Assembly: GCA_965204375.1 (NCBI GenBank)
Contig: OZ241986.1
Span: forward strand, 6,048,001 to 6,112,000
DNA: 64,000 nt
Direction of reading: 5' to 3'
Origin: Candidatus Latescibacterota bacterium
Lineage (GTDB): Bacteria; Latescibacterota; UBA2968
The notes beneath the pieces were generated by a model, which worked only from the letters and a program-made list of their open reading frames with translations, ran no database searches and was not told where the DNA came from. Every line of letters starts with the position of its first letter. Within the stretch, counting starts at the first letter, position 1. The position numbers were made by a program, and so were the translations under genes. Below, in pieces: positions 55,562 to 64,000 of the stretch.

Positions 55562-56883
55562 GTCGTGTCCTTTGCGTCGATGTGTTCGAGGCGGGTGTCG
55601 ATTAAGTCGCTCAGGTGCGACCGCACGGGGGCAAGGGTCACGCGCCCGATAATGTCATCGGCAAAAGCGCGGAGTAAAATGTGCTTTGCCTCGGTTTTGG
55701 GAATGCCGCGCGCTTGCAGGTAAAAGAGCGCGTTTTCGTCGAGTTGGCCTATTGTTGCGCCATGCGAACACTTAACTTCATCGGCGTAGATTTCGAGTTG
55801 GGGTTTGGTGTTGACGCGCGCATTGTCCGAAAGCAGTATATTTTCGTTTTGCTGGTAGGCATCGGTGTGTTGCGCTTTTTGATGGACGTGAATTTTTCCC
55901 CGGAAAATCGCACGAGAAGATCCTCCCAAAATCCCTTTGTAGAGTTCGTGGCTGGGACAATGGGGTTCGGCGTGTTCAAGCAGGGTGTAGTTATCGACGT
56001 GTTGGGATCCTTCGAGGGCATAAAATCCATTGACAGTGGCTTCACTACCTTCGCCGCGCATGTACGCGCTTACGTCATTGCGGACAAATGCTCCGCCGAG
56101 GGTAAAATCGTGAAAGGTCATCCTGCTGCTGCGCCCGAGTTGTGCCTGAAAATTGGCGACGTGCAAACCCGCTGTTCCCTGTAATTCGAGGCGGATACAA
56201 TTCACGCTTGCGTTGTCGCGGGCGATGATTTCTGTGACTGCATTGGTAAAATAAGTCTCTGTGCCCGTTCCCGCATAGGTTTCGACAAGCGAAAGTTGGC
56301 TGTTTTCATCCGCGATGATCAGGTTGCGCGGGTGAGATATTGTGGGGATTTCTGACGCTGTTGTGATAAAGAGGATATGAACGGGGGCTTCGACTGTGAT
56401 ATTGCGCTGAACATGGATGAATACGCCATCGCGCATGAATGCCGTGTTGAGGGCGGTGAAGGCCAAATTTTTGGTTTGTGCGAGTTTTCCCAAGTGCGCT
56501 TTGACGAGTGGATGGTCGTAAACATCGGCGAGGTTGGCGATGGTTATGCCTTCTGGTATGTCAGATGCGTGTTCTGGCGCGTAATACCCGTTGACGAATA
56601 CGAGGCGGATGGCCTGCAGGTCGGGATAGATGAAGGGTTCCAGTTCTGCGTCTGCAAGGGCGGTAGGAATTGCAGGCTCAAAATCGGTTCTGATGAGCGC
56701 TGAGGGATTCACGCTTTTCCAGGCTTCATCCGCCGTGGTGGGATATCCCAGGCGGTCAAAGTCGGCAATTGCCTGTTGACGCAATGCCCGCAGCGGCTGA
56801 CCATTGAGGCTGGATTCAAACTTTTGAATCCAGGATGTGTGATTAGACGCTGTGTGTCGCGTGTTCTTCTTTGATCCAGTCAT
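55558..56883 (-). CDS. sufD: Fe-S cluster assembly protein
   Basis: 'P....E.WK', 'F.ALN', 'F.G.I.V...AQ.TDA.Q', '[18 protein letters not shown]'. Confidence 0.92.
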   Translation of the reverse strand: MTGSKKNTRHTASNHTSWIQKFESSLNGQPLRALRQQAIADFDRLGYPTTADEAWKSVNPSALIRTDFEPAIPTALADAELEPFIYPDLQAIRLVFVNGYYAPEHASDIPEGITIANLADVYDHPLVKAHLGKLAQTKNLAFTALNTAFMRDGVFIHVQRNITVEAPVHILFITTASEIPTISHPRNLIIADENSQLSLVETYAGTGTETYFTNAVTEIIARDNASVNCIRLELQGTAGLHVANFQAQLGRSSRMTFHDFTLGGAFVRNDVSAYMRGEGSEATVNGFYALEGSQHVDNYTLLEHAEPHCPSHELYKGILGGSSRAIFRGKIHVHQKAQHTDAYQQNENILLSDNARVNTKPQLEIYADEVKCSHGATIGQLDENALFYLQARGIPKTEAKHILLRAFADDIIGRVTLAPVRSHLSDLIDTRLEHIDAKDTT

Positions 56884-57604
56884 AGCCTTTTTCTTCCAAT
56901 TCCAGGGCGAGTGTTTTGTCGCCCGATTGCACGATGCGTCCGTCGAGCATAACGTGGACCACGTCGGGCACGATATTGTTGAGCAAGCGCTGATAGTGCG
57001 TGACCACAATGGTCGCTTTGTCCGCGCTGTGGAGTGTATTGACGCCGTTGGCTACAACGCGCAGGGCGTCGATATCGAGTCCAGAATCGGTTTCGTCGAG
57101 TATGGCGAGGCGGGGTTCTAAAACGGCCATTTGCAGAATTTCATGGCGTTTTTTTTCGCCGCCAGAAAAGCCTTCGTTGACCGAACGTTTGAGGAATTTT
57201 TCGTCCATTTCGACCAGTTTGAGTTTGTCGCGAATTAGCGCGAGGAAGTCTATGGCATCGACTTCTTCTTCGTCTCTGGCCGTTCGAAGGGCGTTGAGTG
57301 CTGTGCGCAAGAAGTACGCGCTGTTGACTCCGGGTATTTCTACCGGGTACTGAAAGGCGAGAAAGACGCCCTGTACTGCGCGTTCATCCGGGTCCATATC
57401 GAGAAGGTCCTGGCCTTCGTAGATGACTTCGCCTTCTGTAACGCTATAGGCTTCGTGACCCGCGAGTACCTGGGCCAATGTGCTTTTGCCCGACCCGTTG
57501 GGTCCCATAATGGCGTGGATTTCTCCAGTGTTGACCGTGAGGTCGATGCCGTGAAGAATTTCCGCGCCTTCCACACCTGCGTGCAGATTCCGAATTTCGA
57601 GCAT
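56843..57604 (-). CDS. sufC: Fe-S cluster assembly ATPase
   Basis: '[10 protein letters not shown]', '[11 protein letters not shown]', '[10 protein letters not shown]', 'LDETDSGLD'. Confidence 0.96.
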   Translation of the reverse strand: MLEIRNLHAGVEGAEILHGIDLTVNTGEIHAIMGPNGSGKSTLAQVLAGHEAYSVTEGEVIYEGQDLLDMDPDERAVQGVFLAFQYPVEIPGVNSAYFLRTALNALRTARDEEEVDAIDFLALIRDKLKLVEMDEKFLKRSVNEGFSGGEKKRHEILQMAVLEPRLAILDETDSGLDIDALRVVANGVNTLHSADKATIVVTHYQRLLNNIVPDVVHVMLDGRIVQSGDKTLALELEEKGYDWIKEEHATHSV

Positions 57605-57622
57605 ATTCTTTTATTCCTTGAG

Positions 57623-57910
57623 TTAGGGTGAGCTTATCAGCCTCATGTATTCGTCGTGTTTTCCAATCCAAAACCAGACCAAAATGCCCTCATCTTCAAA
57701 TGCCAGCGTCCGATATTGCGTGCCAACTCTTGCTGACCAGTACGCGCCGACCTTCTTCAGATGCAGAGACGGATGTTTGGAATCTTGTTTCAGCAGTTCA
57801 AAATTTTTATCTGCGAGTTGTTGTATCTTGCGCGGGAGGTTTTGATAACACACCCAAAAATCAGGGGTCGCTTTATAGATCGGTACACCTGCCTGTCCGA
57901 AAATCCTCAC
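57623..57910 (-). CDS. RelE/ParE-like toxin; start codon uncertain
   Basis: 'FW..Y..LP..IQ..ADK.F.LLK.D..HPSLHLKKV...WS.RV...YR.LA.......VWFWIG.H.EY'. Confidence 0.8.
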   Translation of the reverse strand: MRIFGQAGVPIYKATPDFWVCYQNLPRKIQQLADKNFELLKQDSKHPSLHLKKVGAYWSARVGTQYRTLAFEDEGILVWFWIGKHDEYMRLISSP

Positions 57911-58175
57911 GGGCTTTTTTGCCGAGATGATCGAGCTTTCCCGCTTTCACATCTTCCTCAAATTGTTTATCCCAAGCATCTGCATTGGCTTCCAAAATTT
58001 CGTGAAGCTCAATTTCCAAAGTGTCCAGCAATGCTTTTTTTGTTCTTTTTTGGCAATTTACTTCGGGGATTTCTCGTATCCTTCCAATCCACCCTTCGCC
58101 ATTTTTTTCAATTTGGGCAGTATAGGTTTCTACACCATCCCGTTCTTGGATTTTGGCTGTGTAAATCCTCGCCAT
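57873..58175 (-). CDS. Chimeric antitoxin: HicB-like N-domain plus 'WD.Q.E.D..AGKLD.L' C-domain
   Basis: 'YTA.I...G..WIG.I.EIP.VNCQ.RT...LL..L' followed by 'AWDKQFEEDVKAGKLDHL...A..D...G'; RBS AAGGAG. Confidence 0.7.
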   Translation of the reverse strand: MARIYTAKIQERDGVETYTAQIEKNGEGWIGRIREIPEVNCQKRTKKALLDTLEIELHEILEANADAWDKQFEEDVKAGKLDHLGKKAREDFRTGRCTDL

Positions 58176-58193
58176 GCGTATCTCCTTAGCTAA

Positions 58194-59663
58194 CTACCCG
58201 ACGCTGCCTTCGAGGCTGATGCCGAGCAACTTCTGGGCTTCGACTGCAAATTCCATTGGCAATTCTGCGAGGACTTCTTTGCAGAAACCGTTGACGATCA
58301 TTGAAACGGCGTCTTCTGTGGAGATGCCGCGCTGGTTGCAATAGAAGATCTGGTCTTCGCCAATTTTGGATGTGGTGGCTTCGTGCTCGACCTGCGCGGA
58401 TGGGTTGCGTACGTCGATGTAGGGAAAGGTGTGTGCGCCGCACTGGTCGCCGATGAGCATGGAGTCGCATTGGGTAAAGTTTCTGGCGTTGTGCGCGCCT
58501 TTGAGCACTTGTACGGCACCGCGATAGGTGTTTTGTCCGCGAAGGGCGGATATGCCTTTGGAGATGACGGTGCTTCGGGTGTTTTTCCCAATGTGGATCA
58601 TTTTGGTGCCGGTGTCCGCCTGCTGTTTGAGGGAGGTGACGGCGACAGAGTAAAATTCGCCGACTGAGTTGTCCCCCTGAAGAATGCAACTCGGATATTT
58701 CCAGGTGATGGCCGATCCGGTTTCGACCTGTGTCCAGGAGATTTTGGAATTTGCGCCCCGGCAGGCGCCGCGTTTGGTGACAAAGTTGTAGATGCCTCCC
58801 TTGCCGTCTATGTCGCCGGGGTACCAGTTCTGGACGGTGGAGTATTTGATCTGTGCATTGTCGAGTGCGACGAGTTCGACCACGGCTGCGTGAAGCTGGT
58901 TTTCATCGCGCATTGGCGCCGTACAGCCTTCCAGGTATGATACATAAGCACCTTCTTCGGCAATGACGAGCGTGCGCTCAAACTGCCCGGTGTTGGCGGC
59001 GTTGATGCGGAAATAAGTCGATAACTCCATGGGGCAGCGCACGCCTTTGGGGATATAGCAAAAGGACCCATCGCTAAAGACAGCCGAGTTGAGGGCGGCA
59101 AAATAATTGTCGGTGTGCGGGACGACAGAACCGAGATATTGGCGCACGAGATCGGGATGATCTTGTACGGCTTCTGAAAAAGAGCAAAAGATAACGTCCG
59201 CTTCGGCGAGTGTTTCCTTAAAGGTGGTGGCGACAGAGACGCTGTCAAAGACTGCATCGACAGCCACACCGGCGAGCATTTTTTGCTCTTCGAGAGGGAT
59301 GCCGAGTTTTTCATAGGTGGCGAGCAGTTCGGGATCGACTTCGTCCAGGCTTGCGGGACCATCGCCTGCGTTTTTTGGCGCTGCGTAATACACGATGCTT
59401 TGATAGTCGATATCGGGGTAGGTGACCATGGCCCACTGTTCGCTTTTTTTGCGTTTGAGCGGGTCTGTCATGGTCAGCCAGTGGCGATAGGCTTTTAAGC
59501 GCCATTCGAGCAGCCAGTCGGGTTCATTTTTTTTCTCAGAAATAAATCGAATAATGTCTTCATTCAGACCTGGGGGCGCAGATTCCTGCTCGATATCTGT
59601 CACCCATCCAAATTTGTAATCACTCGTTGCGAGCGTTTCAAGTTCCTGGGCCTGTGAACTCAT
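58194..59663 (-). CDS. sufB: Fe-S cluster assembly protein
   Basis: '[12 protein letters not shown]', 'ELSTYFRIN', 'YLEGCTAP', '[12 protein letters not shown]', 'LPMEFAVEA', 'LEGSVG'. Confidence 0.97.
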   Translation of the reverse strand: MSSQAQELETLATSDYKFGWVTDIEQESAPPGLNEDIIRFISEKKNEPDWLLEWRLKAYRHWLTMTDPLKRKKSEQWAMVTYPDIDYQSIVYYAAPKNAGDGPASLDEVDPELLATYEKLGIPLEEQKMLAGVAVDAVFDSVSVATTFKETLAEADVIFCSFSEAVQDHPDLVRQYLGSVVPHTDNYFAALNSAVFSDGSFCYIPKGVRCPMELSTYFRINAANTGQFERTLVIAEEGAYVSYLEGCTAPMRDENQLHAAVVELVALDNAQIKYSTVQNWYPGDIDGKGGIYNFVTKRGACRGANSKISWTQVETGSAITWKYPSCILQGDNSVGEFYSVAVTSLKQQADTGTKMIHIGKNTRSTVISKGISALRGQNTYRGAVQVLKGAHNARNFTQCDSMLIGDQCGAHTFPYIDVRNPSAQVEHEATTSKIGEDQIFYCNQRGISTEDAVSMIVNGFCKEVLAELPMEFAVEAQKLLGISLEGSVG

Positions 59664-59708
59664 TGTAGAACTCCTTTTGAGGTCTAAAAAGTAAGCCGTA
59701 CAATGGCA

Positions 59709-59740
59709 AACTTACCTAAAGCATACAAAAATGTCAAGAT
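59709..59740 (-). promoter_or_regulatory. suf promoter with a possible Rrf2/IscR-type operator over the -35
   Basis: TTGACA (59732-59737), 17 nt, TAAGTT; context AATCTTGACATTTTTGTATGCTTT resembles IscR-type boxes. Confidence 0.5.
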
Positions 59741-59885
59741 TAAAAATAAAAAAAGTTAAAAAAATAATTTGTTGTAAAGTAATATATTAGATGTCATACA
59801 AGATCGGTGTTAGTTTGGGGAGTATGCCGTGCCTCTCACGAGATAAACACATGCAGGGTGAGTGAAAAATAGAACGTTGAATTCA

Positions 59886-60308
59886 CTATCCCCAGGCCTT
59901 GCCGCTGGCGCGCCTGCGACGCTTGCTGCCGGGCAGATCTTTTTTGGCAACGGCAAAGCCGAGTAGCCCTTTTTGTCCGAGCTTTTTGAGATAGGCGAGC
60001 AGGGATATTTCGGCTTCTTTTACATTGAGCTGGTGGGTTTTGCTCAGGCGTCTGATGATGGCTTCGACGGTTGTGCGCCCGTCGCACATATCCCAGACCT
60101 GTGCGCCTATTTCGTCGAGTACCAGTGTTTTTTGTTGGGGAATCCAAAAAATTTTAGATAGCGTGCGCACTTTCCACGAATCGCCGCGGGTGAGGGTGAC
60201 GTGGATCTCGCCATCGTCGTTTTTTTCCCATTCGACCTGGTTGTTGCGAACGGGCTTGGATTTGAACATGGCTTCGCGGCCAATTTTGGGTTGTTTTTTG
60301 AATAGCAT
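59886..60308 (-). CDS. PqqD/RRE-like protein
   Basis: 'LDEIG..VW..CDG..TV..II..L...H.L...EAE.SL..YL..L..KGL'; N-terminal 'P.RN..V.W'. Confidence 0.75.
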   Translation of the reverse strand: MLFKKQPKIGREAMFKSKPVRNNQVEWEKNDDGEIHVTLTRGDSWKVRTLSKIFWIPQQKTLVLDEIGAQVWDMCDGRTTVEAIIRRLSKTHQLNVKEAEISLLAYLKKLGQKGLLGFAVAKKDLPGSKRRRRASGKAWG

Positions 60309-60343
60309 GACAGGACTCCGCGAATAGACAGAACAATATTCTG

Positions 60344-61285
60344 TCAGGAAATGGCTGTTACATCCTTGCAATAGGCATCGAGGTTTGGGGCACCTTCGGA
60401 TTTTTTCCAGAAGGTCTGTACAACAAAAATTTTATTGGTTTCCATATCGGTCCAAACCCGTCCCGAAAGATTCTGGCGGGGGCGCATATTCCAAAAGGGC
60501 AAGGGTTGAAGAAGGCCTTGCCATCGACTTTTGGGGCGTCCATTGACCGAGAGTACGATGTTGGAATCCCGAGTTTGGATATCGGTTTCAACGTGAATAT
60601 GTCGGAGGTCTTTTGTAAAAAATTCAACGTACCATTCATCGAGGTCTTTGCCATTGAGGATTGTGCGTGCCAGGCTGAAGCGGTCAATATTGAGCCGCGT
60701 GCTGTCTTTTTGAAATCTCAAGCCTATATGCCCGGATTTGAGTTCAAAATTTTCGAGTTCGTATTCTGGGGGCGATTGGCAAATCAAATCGTAGAGTGCC
60801 CAGGTCAGGGGACCGCCGGGTGGGGTGTCTCGAAGGGTGTTGAGGACGAGGGGCAGAACAGGGACGAGATTTTCATCTGTGCGCCCCATAATGCGAATAA
60901 AAATGAGACGGTCCGAGGCGGGACTATACGTTGCGAGCGTGTGTACTGTGTAACGCGATTCCCACACAAAATACTGCGTGTTTTGCATGGCGGGAAGGTC
61001 GAGGTCAATGGCTTTGGGATTGCGCTCAACGCGCAGGCGGCTTTTTTGTTTTTTGGCATTTTTTGCCAGACCTTCGATGTAGCGATCTACAATTTGCGCC
61101 ACGCGGTCATCCCCTCGCGCTTCTTTCCATTCGAGTTCGAGGCGTGCAATTTGAGAATCGTCGAGGCGCACTTCGCCCGAGTTGGCCTCTCCCGATATTT
61201 TGCCCGGGTTCCATTCTGATGGTATGGTCAGGCCAATGCCATGCCAGGCAAAGGGTACGTATTCGTCAAATATGAGGTTTTTCAT
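60344..61285 (-). CDS. Hypothetical protein with two internally repeated domains
   Basis: 313-aa ORF with RBS; 'FAW.G..L.IP.EW' echoed by 'WALY......P.EY'; own promoter upstream. Confidence 0.7.
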   Translation of the reverse strand: MKNLIFDEYVPFAWHGIGLTIPSEWNPGKISGEANSGEVRLDDSQIARLELEWKEARGDDRVAQIVDRYIEGLAKNAKKQKSRLRVERNPKAIDLDLPAMQNTQYFVWESRYTVHTLATYSPASDRLIFIRIMGRTDENLVPVLPLVLNTLRDTPPGGPLTWALYDLICQSPPEYELENFELKSGHIGLRFQKDSTRLNIDRFSLARTILNGKDLDEWYVEFFTKDLRHIHVETDIQTRDSNIVLSVNGRPKSRWQGLLQPLPFWNMRPRQNLSGRVWTDMETNKIFVVQTFWKKSEGAPNLDAYCKDVTAIS

Positions 61286-61329
61286 GGTGCTCTTTCCGTC
61301 CGTGCTCGTGCGTCTGCGCTCACACAGAT

Positions 61330-61358
61330 AAGATACAAGTGGGTATTTGCGGTGTCAA
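61330..61358 (-). promoter_or_regulatory. Sigma70 promoter of the hypothetical-PqqD operon
   Basis: TTGACA, 17 nt, TATCTT. Confidence 0.55.
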
Positions 61359-61447
61359 GAGAGGATATGTAGATGTATTTACGTTGTTTAGTGTAGATGA
61401 GATAGGGAAAGATAGTACATTTTTTAAAAATTATTTGAGATGAAAAC

Positions 61448-61476
61448 TTGACGGATGCACGAACGTTCACTATATT
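61448..61476 (+). promoter_or_regulatory. lexA promoter containing a candidate SOS box
   Basis: TTGACG, 17 nt, TATATT; the spacer holds GCAC-GAAC-GTTC, one mismatch from GAAC-N4-GTTC. Confidence 0.6.
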
Positions 61477-61532
61477 CAAATGTGCAGGTTATTGATATAT
61501 GCGTTTTTGACTAATAAATAAGGAGGTGTATT

Positions 61533-62156
61533 ATGCGAAAAAAACTAACTGCGCGCCAACAGGAGATATACGATTTTATTGCCCAGGTGATTCGCAACCA
61601 GGGATATCCGCCTACGATCCGAGAAATTATGGAGGCTTTTGGCATTGCTTCAACCAATGGCGTGCGAACCACGCTGTCTGCATTGGAAAAAAAAGGGTAT
61701 ATTCGACGAACTGCCATGTTGTCGCGCAGTATTGAGTTGACGGATTACCAGGATGCATCGCTTTCCGGCGATGTGCGCGAAGTGCCAGTTATTGGGCGCG
61801 TTGCTGCCGGTGAACCGATTCTGGCGATGGAAAATATCGAGAGTACGCTTGCGGTTGATTCCGGGTTTGTGCCGCGGGGCGATGTTTTTGCTCTCCAGGT
61901 TGAGGGTGATAGCATGCGCGACGCCGGAATATTAGACGGCGATTTTGTGCTCGCGCGCCATCAAGAATCCGCCCATCAAGGTGAGATTGTTGTGGCTGTG
62001 ATTGGCGAAGAAGCGACGGTTAAGCGCTACTATCGAGAGGGTTCGCAGGTCAAGTTGATGCCCGAAAATGAAGCCTACCAACCCATTGTGGTGGGAGAAA
62101 GCCACGAGACATTCCGTATTGCTGGCAAAATCGTGGGTTTGATGCGGTCTTTTTAG
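61533..62156 (+). CDS. lexA: SOS repressor LexA
   Basis: 'GYPPTIREI', 'AL..KGYI', Ala-Gly cleavage site 'VAAGEP', catalytic 'GDSM' and 'TVKR'. Confidence 0.96.
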   Translation: MRKKLTARQQEIYDFIAQVIRNQGYPPTIREIMEAFGIASTNGVRTTLSALEKKGYIRRTAMLSRSIELTDYQDASLSGDVREVPVIGRVAAGEPILAMENIESTLAVDSGFVPRGDVFALQVEGDSMRDAGILDGDFVLARHQESAHQGEIVVAVIGEEATVKRYYREGSQVKLMPENEAYQPIVVGESHETFRIAGKIVGLMRSF

Positions 62157-62185
62157 ACGAGGCAGAATGCCACTGCGTGATAGAA

Positions 62186-62218
62186 CAAAAGAGAGGTCTT
62201 AACAGATCTCTCTTTTTT
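62186..62218. terminator. Bidirectional terminator between lexA and dprA
   Basis: AAAAGAGAGGTCT...AGATCTCTCTTTTTT. Confidence 0.6.
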
Positions 62219-63323
62219 ATTTTTTTTGCCTGAAATGCATGCCCGGCAGTTGTTCGACATTGCCCTGGATTTCGAGACTCAAGAGGATGTCGAGGGTTTC
62301 TCCAGAAGAGAATCCCACAGCTTTGGTGAGGGCGTCAATATGTGCGGGGGTCACATCGGCAGATAGGTTGTCAAGAGCGTCCCATACGCGTTGTTCCCGG
62401 TCGGATAGAGAGGGTTGATGCTCGTTCCGATCCGTTGCGGGGGGGAGCGCTGACCGATGTTCAATTTCGCTCAAGATGTCCTGCGATGTCTGCACGAGAA
62501 TGGCCCCCTGACTGAGAAGGCTGTTTGTTCCCCGACTTTTGCCCGAGTAAATTGGACCTGGTACGGCAAAGACATCGCGGTTCTGGTCAAGTGCAAATTG
62601 GGCGGTGATGAGTGCGCCGCTCTGTTTGCCCGCTTCAACAACGACTGTGCCGAGGCTCAATCCACTGATGATGCGGTTGCGTCTTGGAAAGTTGTGGGCT
62701 TCAGGGCTGGTGCCCAGTGGGAATTCTGAGAAGACCACACCGCGTTCACATATTTGTTGAAATAGGGTGCGATTTTCAGGTGGATAGGGACAATCCAGGC
62801 TACTGCCAAGCACTGCTGCTGTTGCGCTGTGTTCGAGTGCCCCCCGGTGTGCATGGGTATCAATGCCGACGGCCATTCCGCTGACTACTGTTATGCCCGC
62901 TCTGGCGAGATCACTTCCCAGGCGATGCGCGGTTTCCCGTCCATAAGCTGTGAAAGAGCGCGAGCCGACAATGCTTATGGTGGGGCTGTGGCAATGGCTT
63001 ATGTCGCCTTTTGCAAAGAGCAGAGGTGGTGGGGCGTAGATTTGGGTTAGAATTTCGGGATAGAGGGGATCCGTGAGCGTGCAGATCTGGATGTCGAGGT
63101 CTTTTGCGCGTGCGACTTGATCTCGCGCCCATGTCCAATCTCGATTGGTAGAGATAGATTGTGCGGTACTGGGACCAATGCCGGGGATTTCGCACAGTGA
63201 TCTGGGAGATTGTAAGAGAATATTTTCCGGTGTTTCAAAATGCTCGAGAAGAGCGCAATAGGCAGCGGGTCCCAGGCCCGGTACCGCGTAGAGTACCAGC
63301 CAGGATAGAGCGTGGTCACACAT
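62217..63323 (-). CDS. dprA: DNA-processing protein DprA
   Basis: 'IVGSR...YG', 'VSGMA.GID..AH', 'FP.RNRIISGL', 'VVEA...SGALITA..A..QNR.VFAVPG'. Confidence 0.95.
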   Translation of the reverse strand: MCDHALSWLVLYAVPGLGPAAYCALLEHFETPENILLQSPRSLCEIPGIGPSTAQSISTNRDWTWARDQVARAKDLDIQICTLTDPLYPEILTQIYAPPPLLFAKGDISHCHSPTISIVGSRSFTAYGRETAHRLGSDLARAGITVVSGMAVGIDTHAHRGALEHSATAAVLGSSLDCPYPPENRTLFQQICERGVVFSEFPLGTSPEAHNFPRRNRIISGLSLGTVVVEAGKQSGALITAQFALDQNRDVFAVPGPIYSGKSRGTNSLLSQGAILVQTSQDILSEIEHRSALPPATDRNEHQPSLSDREQRVWDALDNLSADVTPAHIDALTKAVGFSSGETLDILLSLEIQGNVEQLPGMHFRQKK

Positions 63324-63481
63324 AATGTCTCGTTTGAAATGGTGGTTTTTGGGGATATAGATAGCAATGTTTGTGCCAAAGAAAAAAGCCCATAAAATGG
63401 GCTTTTTTTCTTTTTGATGTGAATCTTTTGTTCACAATGTGGATGATGGGTTGAAATATTTGAAAGCTGGAAGAGGAGGAT

Positions 63482-64000
63482 TCAGTCTCTTGAATATCCG
63501 GGAATATTGTAGAGCGGAACCGCCCATCCCGCATCCTGAATTAACAAATTTGCATCCACGCTTTTGGGTTCAACTATTGCGCCAAAGTCTTTCCATTGGT
63601 TGCCATCCAGAGGTTCGGTATAGCCTTCGTTTTGGAAAAAGCCAATTAGATTTTCGCGCATTGTTTTTACCTCGGAAGCGTACAAAATATTGTACGCACA
63701 GTTGCGCGTTTCCTCTGCATCTGTGCGGTGATCGAGCAGGTATTCCTTTTGGTCGCCCGCTGAATAGATGTATTTCAAGTTGCCGTCATAGGCCATGTAC
63801 ATACCCCGTTGTCCGCGCTGAATCTGACCGTAAATCATTCGTTCACGCCCATTGCCGACGAGGTCGGCCATGTCCAGCCCGTCTAAATCTGCGTTGTGAT
63901 CGGAAATACCTGCTGCGCCCAAAAATGTGGGGATCAGGTCCATCAATCCACACGGTGTTTCTTCTATTATACCGCGGGGAAAACGCTCGGGATATCGCAC
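63482..64000 (-). CDS. Sulfatase-family protein, C-terminal part (5' end outside the window)
   Basis: 'D..PT.L..AG......DG', 'KYIY......E.L.D...D..E..N'. Confidence 0.75.
   Translation of the reverse strand: MRYPERFPRGIIEETPCGLMDLIPTFLGAAGISDHNADLDGLDMADLVGNGRERMIYGQIQRGQRGMYMAYDGNLKYIYSAGDQKEYLLDHRTDAEETRNCAYNILYASEVKTMRENLIGFFQNEGYTEPLDGNQWKDFGAIVEPKSVDANLLIQDAGWAVPLYNIPGYSRD

Overview
Bacterial chromosomal window, about half GC, with gene content suggesting the FCB group (PorX-type regulator next to tsaE, TonB receptor with a carboxypeptidase-regulatory-like N-domain, long-form IspG); the taxonomy is inference only. In order: an iron-uptake operon (porin, imelysin, di-haem oxidoreductase, TonB receptor); an oxidoreductase and a GT2; sucA-sucB-lpdA; an ABC-F ATPase with an attenuator-like leader; rpsU-cvpA-ispG-dnaG-tRNA(CAT)-IHF/HU; HK-PorX-tsaE; assorted catabolic genes; an AT-richer defence mosaic at about 34.1-42.6 kb (AAA+DUF3226, Fic, HgiDII/BbrUII-like R-M, a second AAA, an HNH nuclease, gene stubs); two tandem secreted paralogs; a TolC-like OMF, an OGG1-like glycosylase, a CysE-like protein and an ABC exporter; a suf operon interrupted by a TA pair; a PqqD-like pair; lexA, dprA and a partial sulfatase. 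The most notable unexplained signals are: (1) a 36-nt GAAC..GTTC hairpin mini-element nested inside different REP-like or tandem repeats; (2) a promoter-and-terminator-bounded candidate sRNA of about 83 nt antisense to the iron-operon leader; (3) a covarying terminator-like hairpin inside the signal-peptide codons of both tandem paralogs; (4) a chimeric HicB-like antitoxin/RelE-ParE-like toxin pair inside suf; (5) apparent absence of GTCGAC, matching the R-M family. All family calls come from motif recognition by eye; no database searches were run.
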